A stretch of DNA of 64,000 bases, taken from assembly GCA_030141605.1 (NCBI GenBank), contig JAQGDQ010001057.1:1-64000 (forward strand), given 5' to 3'. Below the pieces are notes generated by a model. The model saw only the letters and a list, made by a program, of their open reading frames with translations. It ran no database searches and had not been told where the DNA came from. Positions 59,881 through 64,000 of the stretch are shown here, one piece after another (within the stretch, counting starts at the first letter, position 1; each line of letters opens with the position of its first letter). The position numbers were made by a program, and so were the translations under genes. The stretch is from Tubiluchus corallicola. Taxonomy: Eukaryota; Animalia; Priapulida.

Positions 59881-61004
59881 GGTTGGCGCTACTTTTCTTC
59901 AAGACGAATGACGTCATTGGAAGAAGAATTGGCATTGGAAATTGTAAAAATAAAGTGATCGCGACTTTAAAGTGATTTTAGTAACACGAGGCGCTTATTG
60001 CAGTTCTATTACTAAATACTTCTAAGATTTTTCGTGAACATTGAAATAAGCCTAACCTCCCAAAGGCTTGACCTCTCCTTTAAACTGATGTAATGCAATA
60101 CATTATACTGCATTACGTTACATTACAAAGTTACATTACGTTAAATTGCACCCGAAAAGCGCATAGCAGAATCTTCAGTTTATGTCTAATTTATCAACTC
60201 TAACGTAACAATTGCTGCCTTGTGATGCTGATGCACAAGGAGTAAATAATTATTAATGAACCGTCTAAGTAATCTTTAATGATGCTGTAGCTAATTGGTG
60301 CATCTGCTAATATTGTTATTATAGAGGTCGCTTGTGTTCTATAATTTATGCGATGTCAGCTTCTCGGTTCGCACGAAGTTCAGCAGAGCCCACGCTGTTA
60401 TTCATTGTTACACATCTATGCAACTTTGTTTGTTCGTTTGTCTGTCTGTCTGTTCGTTTGTCTGTTTGTTCGTTTGCCAAGTTTGTTATTTTTGCGCAGC
60501 AGGTAAAATAAACCTGCACAACACATATTTTAGTTTCTTGTTTGTGAAGCTTGGCTGCAAGTGGTGTAAGTTAGTAGCTAGTGTTAACCGGCAGGACCAC
60601 TTAATGTGCATGGGTGCGGCGGGACTGGAACCTGTTTTATTTAGTTAATAGGATAAAACATTGAATCAGTAAAAAGCTGTATATATCTTAGCCACATTTG
60701 GGTGCTTATACATCAAAATGCATTTCATTTCAAAATCTATGGTCTTATCTATGGTTTACATTTTAATGTTTGTGCTCACTAAGGTTTCCCTCATTGTTTT
60801 CAAGCGGGCCTACCACGAGGCGTTACATCCGCTAGACTTATCATGGCAGCAGTCTTTGTGAATAAACAGATTAATAAGCAAGAAACATTTATGTTAAATG
60901 TTCTTTAAAGTTTCTAACAATGTTACAAATGTTGTCAAGACGTTACTTGTATACATTAGAGAAGACTGCAAAATAATTAAGCCTTTTCATGGCTTAACTC
61001 TTTA

Positions 61005-61470
61005 AGGGGTGTGCAAATTACCAGACTAGCCGGGCCCGCAATTCCGGCGGGCCACAGACAGTTTGATCAAGGATCCAAGTACAGAAAGGCCTAATAACGA
61101 TTTTTTTGAATCCGACCTGCGTACATCATTACTACTGCACTCAAGAAACTATTTTAGAAGTTATTAAAATTTATATTACAAACCATGTATTTTACTTTCA
61201 GGACAGATTGTGGTAATTTCATTACAATGCATATTAGTAATGTGTATCACACAGTCTGTGTAGTACAGTGACATTAAGCTACAACCGTCTTGTAAGGGTT
61301 AATGGCATCCGATCTAGTAGAAAAAACTAACCGCACTATCTTTGGGATCGTGGCATGGACTTCAGCTGGATACACCCAATTAATCGCCCGGGCCGCACTT
61401 TCATTAGGTTGACAAATCTCTTCGGGGGCCGCACAAATTCTCTCGGTGGGCCGCAATTTGCACACCCCTG
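61005..61470. mobile_element. hAT MITE family 1 copy
   Basis: Same TIR and body as 32901-33402. Confidence 0.85.
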
Positions 61471-62932
61471 ATTTAAGTCCTTCAGAACCGCAAGCGTTTG
61501 CTGCATTTTGTACGGGTTCTTGAAGTACTGCTCTCACTAAGCAACGGTTACCTTGTATTTAATAATCTTTGTAGATTTCTACTCCTCACACAATGGATTT
61601 TCATGCAAAACTATATATGAAATGCATCTGCTTACCTTAGACAAATTAAAATCGATTTTTGATGAAAAAATTTGAAAAGCTTTCAGTTACCGCAGTGTTT
61701 TGCACTGTAACAATGTTGTGTGTGAAATCGGCTAATGCAGAAAATTTCAACTATCCAGGACACAGCACTCTGACACACTTTCGCCTCAAGTCTACTCTAC
61801 TTCTAAGGATGAATTCCTGTCACAAGACGAAACAATTTTGATTTCTACAAATGTAGCAAGCAGGCTATCAAACGATCAGACTAAGCTACTCGACTACCAG
61901 ACAAAATGCCCCCTGTAAAGCATAAAGTTGATTTATACTACCGCTGTGTAGTAATTTTTAGTATTTCAATATTCAAAATTTTTAGCTACCGTTCACTTGA
62001 AAGTTAAGACGTTATTGGTGGATAATTTTTATCTAATCTTATCATTTGCAAAAAATATTATGCGCTCATGGAAATTGACACTGCGCTGCTTTTCTTTGGT
62101 CCACAAATGACGTCATTGGTGGAAGAATGGGCGTCCAAAAATTGGAGTGCCCAAGCGTGAAATGATCGCGACTCTAAAGTAAGTTTCCTAATTTTAAACG
62201 AGGAGGTTCTCTCACTTTTATTAACTAACATTGAAATAAGTCTGACTTCCCAGAAGGCTTGACTTTTCCTTTAACTCACCAACTAACTAAACAGTTTGCG
62301 TGTTAGTTTCATTGAGCTAAAGTATTAATTACTAATTAGATTCATTTTTGTTGTTAATTTAGAGCGACATAAAGTAAATTACGTTTCGTTGTGCACACAC
62401 GCAGTTGCTGTAGGTCAAAGGTCAAGTGTATCTTAGCTACGCATCTTAACTACAGCCGTCACATGACACGCGGAAAAAACAAAAGTCCTCTGTCGCATCA
62501 GTTCAGTAACTTCAGTTGTTTTACGTGGACTTTACTTAATTATGCATTAGTCTGTGTGATTTACTAGCAGGATCTTGCCTGAGAAGAAGAAAAAATGAAC
62601 TAGGTAAGGTTCTAGCTAGATGCTAAAACTGTTACTGTTACAATAGCATGGGCTATGAGGTGTTGTCCAGTGAACACAAATGTGCTGTCTCGTTCACTTA
62701 ACCTTTGACCTTTGGACGATCGCCACCAATTGCTGGAACTGTGAAAAGGCTTATACAAAAGTAGACAATGCCAAGACAGCCGTAAAAGATATTTTAAATA
62801 AAATTCCAGGATTTTGCAAGCAATTATAACCTGCACTTTTTCATTACTGCTTTTTCTGATTGCCAATATTTCAAAGAGCAACTCTCAGAGGAATTTCTAT
62901 CATAAAGTATCAGAATGTGTAATTTTTCTTAC

Positions 62933-63112
62933 TGTAATTTGAAGTGAAACCGTGATCTCCTGCACGCGAAAGGCTTTGATTTAACGTATTTTTATGCACT
63001 TCCGGTTTTCTGTGCAAGACGAATACATTTTTCCAGGGCTTGCTTGTGGCGGGACCGGTGCCACGTTGTGCTTCCGCAATGAAATAAGAATCAATGTTGA
63101 TGAGGCGCCACC
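62933..63112 (-). CDS. Candidate internal coding exon of an unidentified gene (180 bp, phase 1-1)
   Basis: tgtttacttcatgcag|GG...TAC A|gtaaga; open frame WRLINIDSYFIAEAQRGTGPATSKPWKNVFVLHRK...; no recognised homology. Confidence 0.3.
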
Positions 63113-63369
63113 CTGCATGAAGTAAACAGACAGAATCGGTACGACGAATGAAGTCACCTAGAGCCATTGTTGAATTCAGGTAGTTAATGAACCAGTCCCT
63201 TACGAGACTCAATATTGCTTAACTTCCGTAGCAAAACATATACAATGACCACTCAGCTATTTTTCAGTTTTTTGACTTCAAAATACCAGAAGTCATTTAA
63301 CAACTGTTCATATCCCCACTTTACTTCTCCATTCCCTCAACTCCCTCTGTCTTTCTCTTCTCACTTTCC

Positions 63370-64000
<631 letters not shown>

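Overview
AT-rich, intron- and repeat-rich animal genomic DNA, most likely from an invertebrate; it is not prokaryotic, so most ORFs in the supplied track are repeat artefacts. Main content: (1) the last two coding exons of a family-1 uracil-DNA glycosylase gene (UNG, + strand, 4344-4522 and 37956-38114), separated by a ~33.4 kb intron. (2) Two intact, tandem, 9-exon SLC22 organic-ion transporter paralogs (- strand, 6842-19948 and 21497-34851, 545 aa each by manual exon assembly) nested antisense inside that intron. (3) Many minisatellites, four of which are amplifications of real splice junctions or acceptor regions of these genes, giving arrays of decoy donors and acceptors. (4) Many non-autonomous elements: hAT-, piggyBac-, Kolobok- and pogo-like MITEs, a TSD-flanked 5S-rRNA-headed SINE plus an internally deleted copy, a tRNA-derived SINE, and LINE 3' fragments. 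(5) A ~305 bp inverted repeat downstream of UNG, and a candidate promoter/first exon with two GTCACGTGAC motifs at ~52 kb. All coordinates were read by eye, and family assignments are from motif recognition, not database searches.
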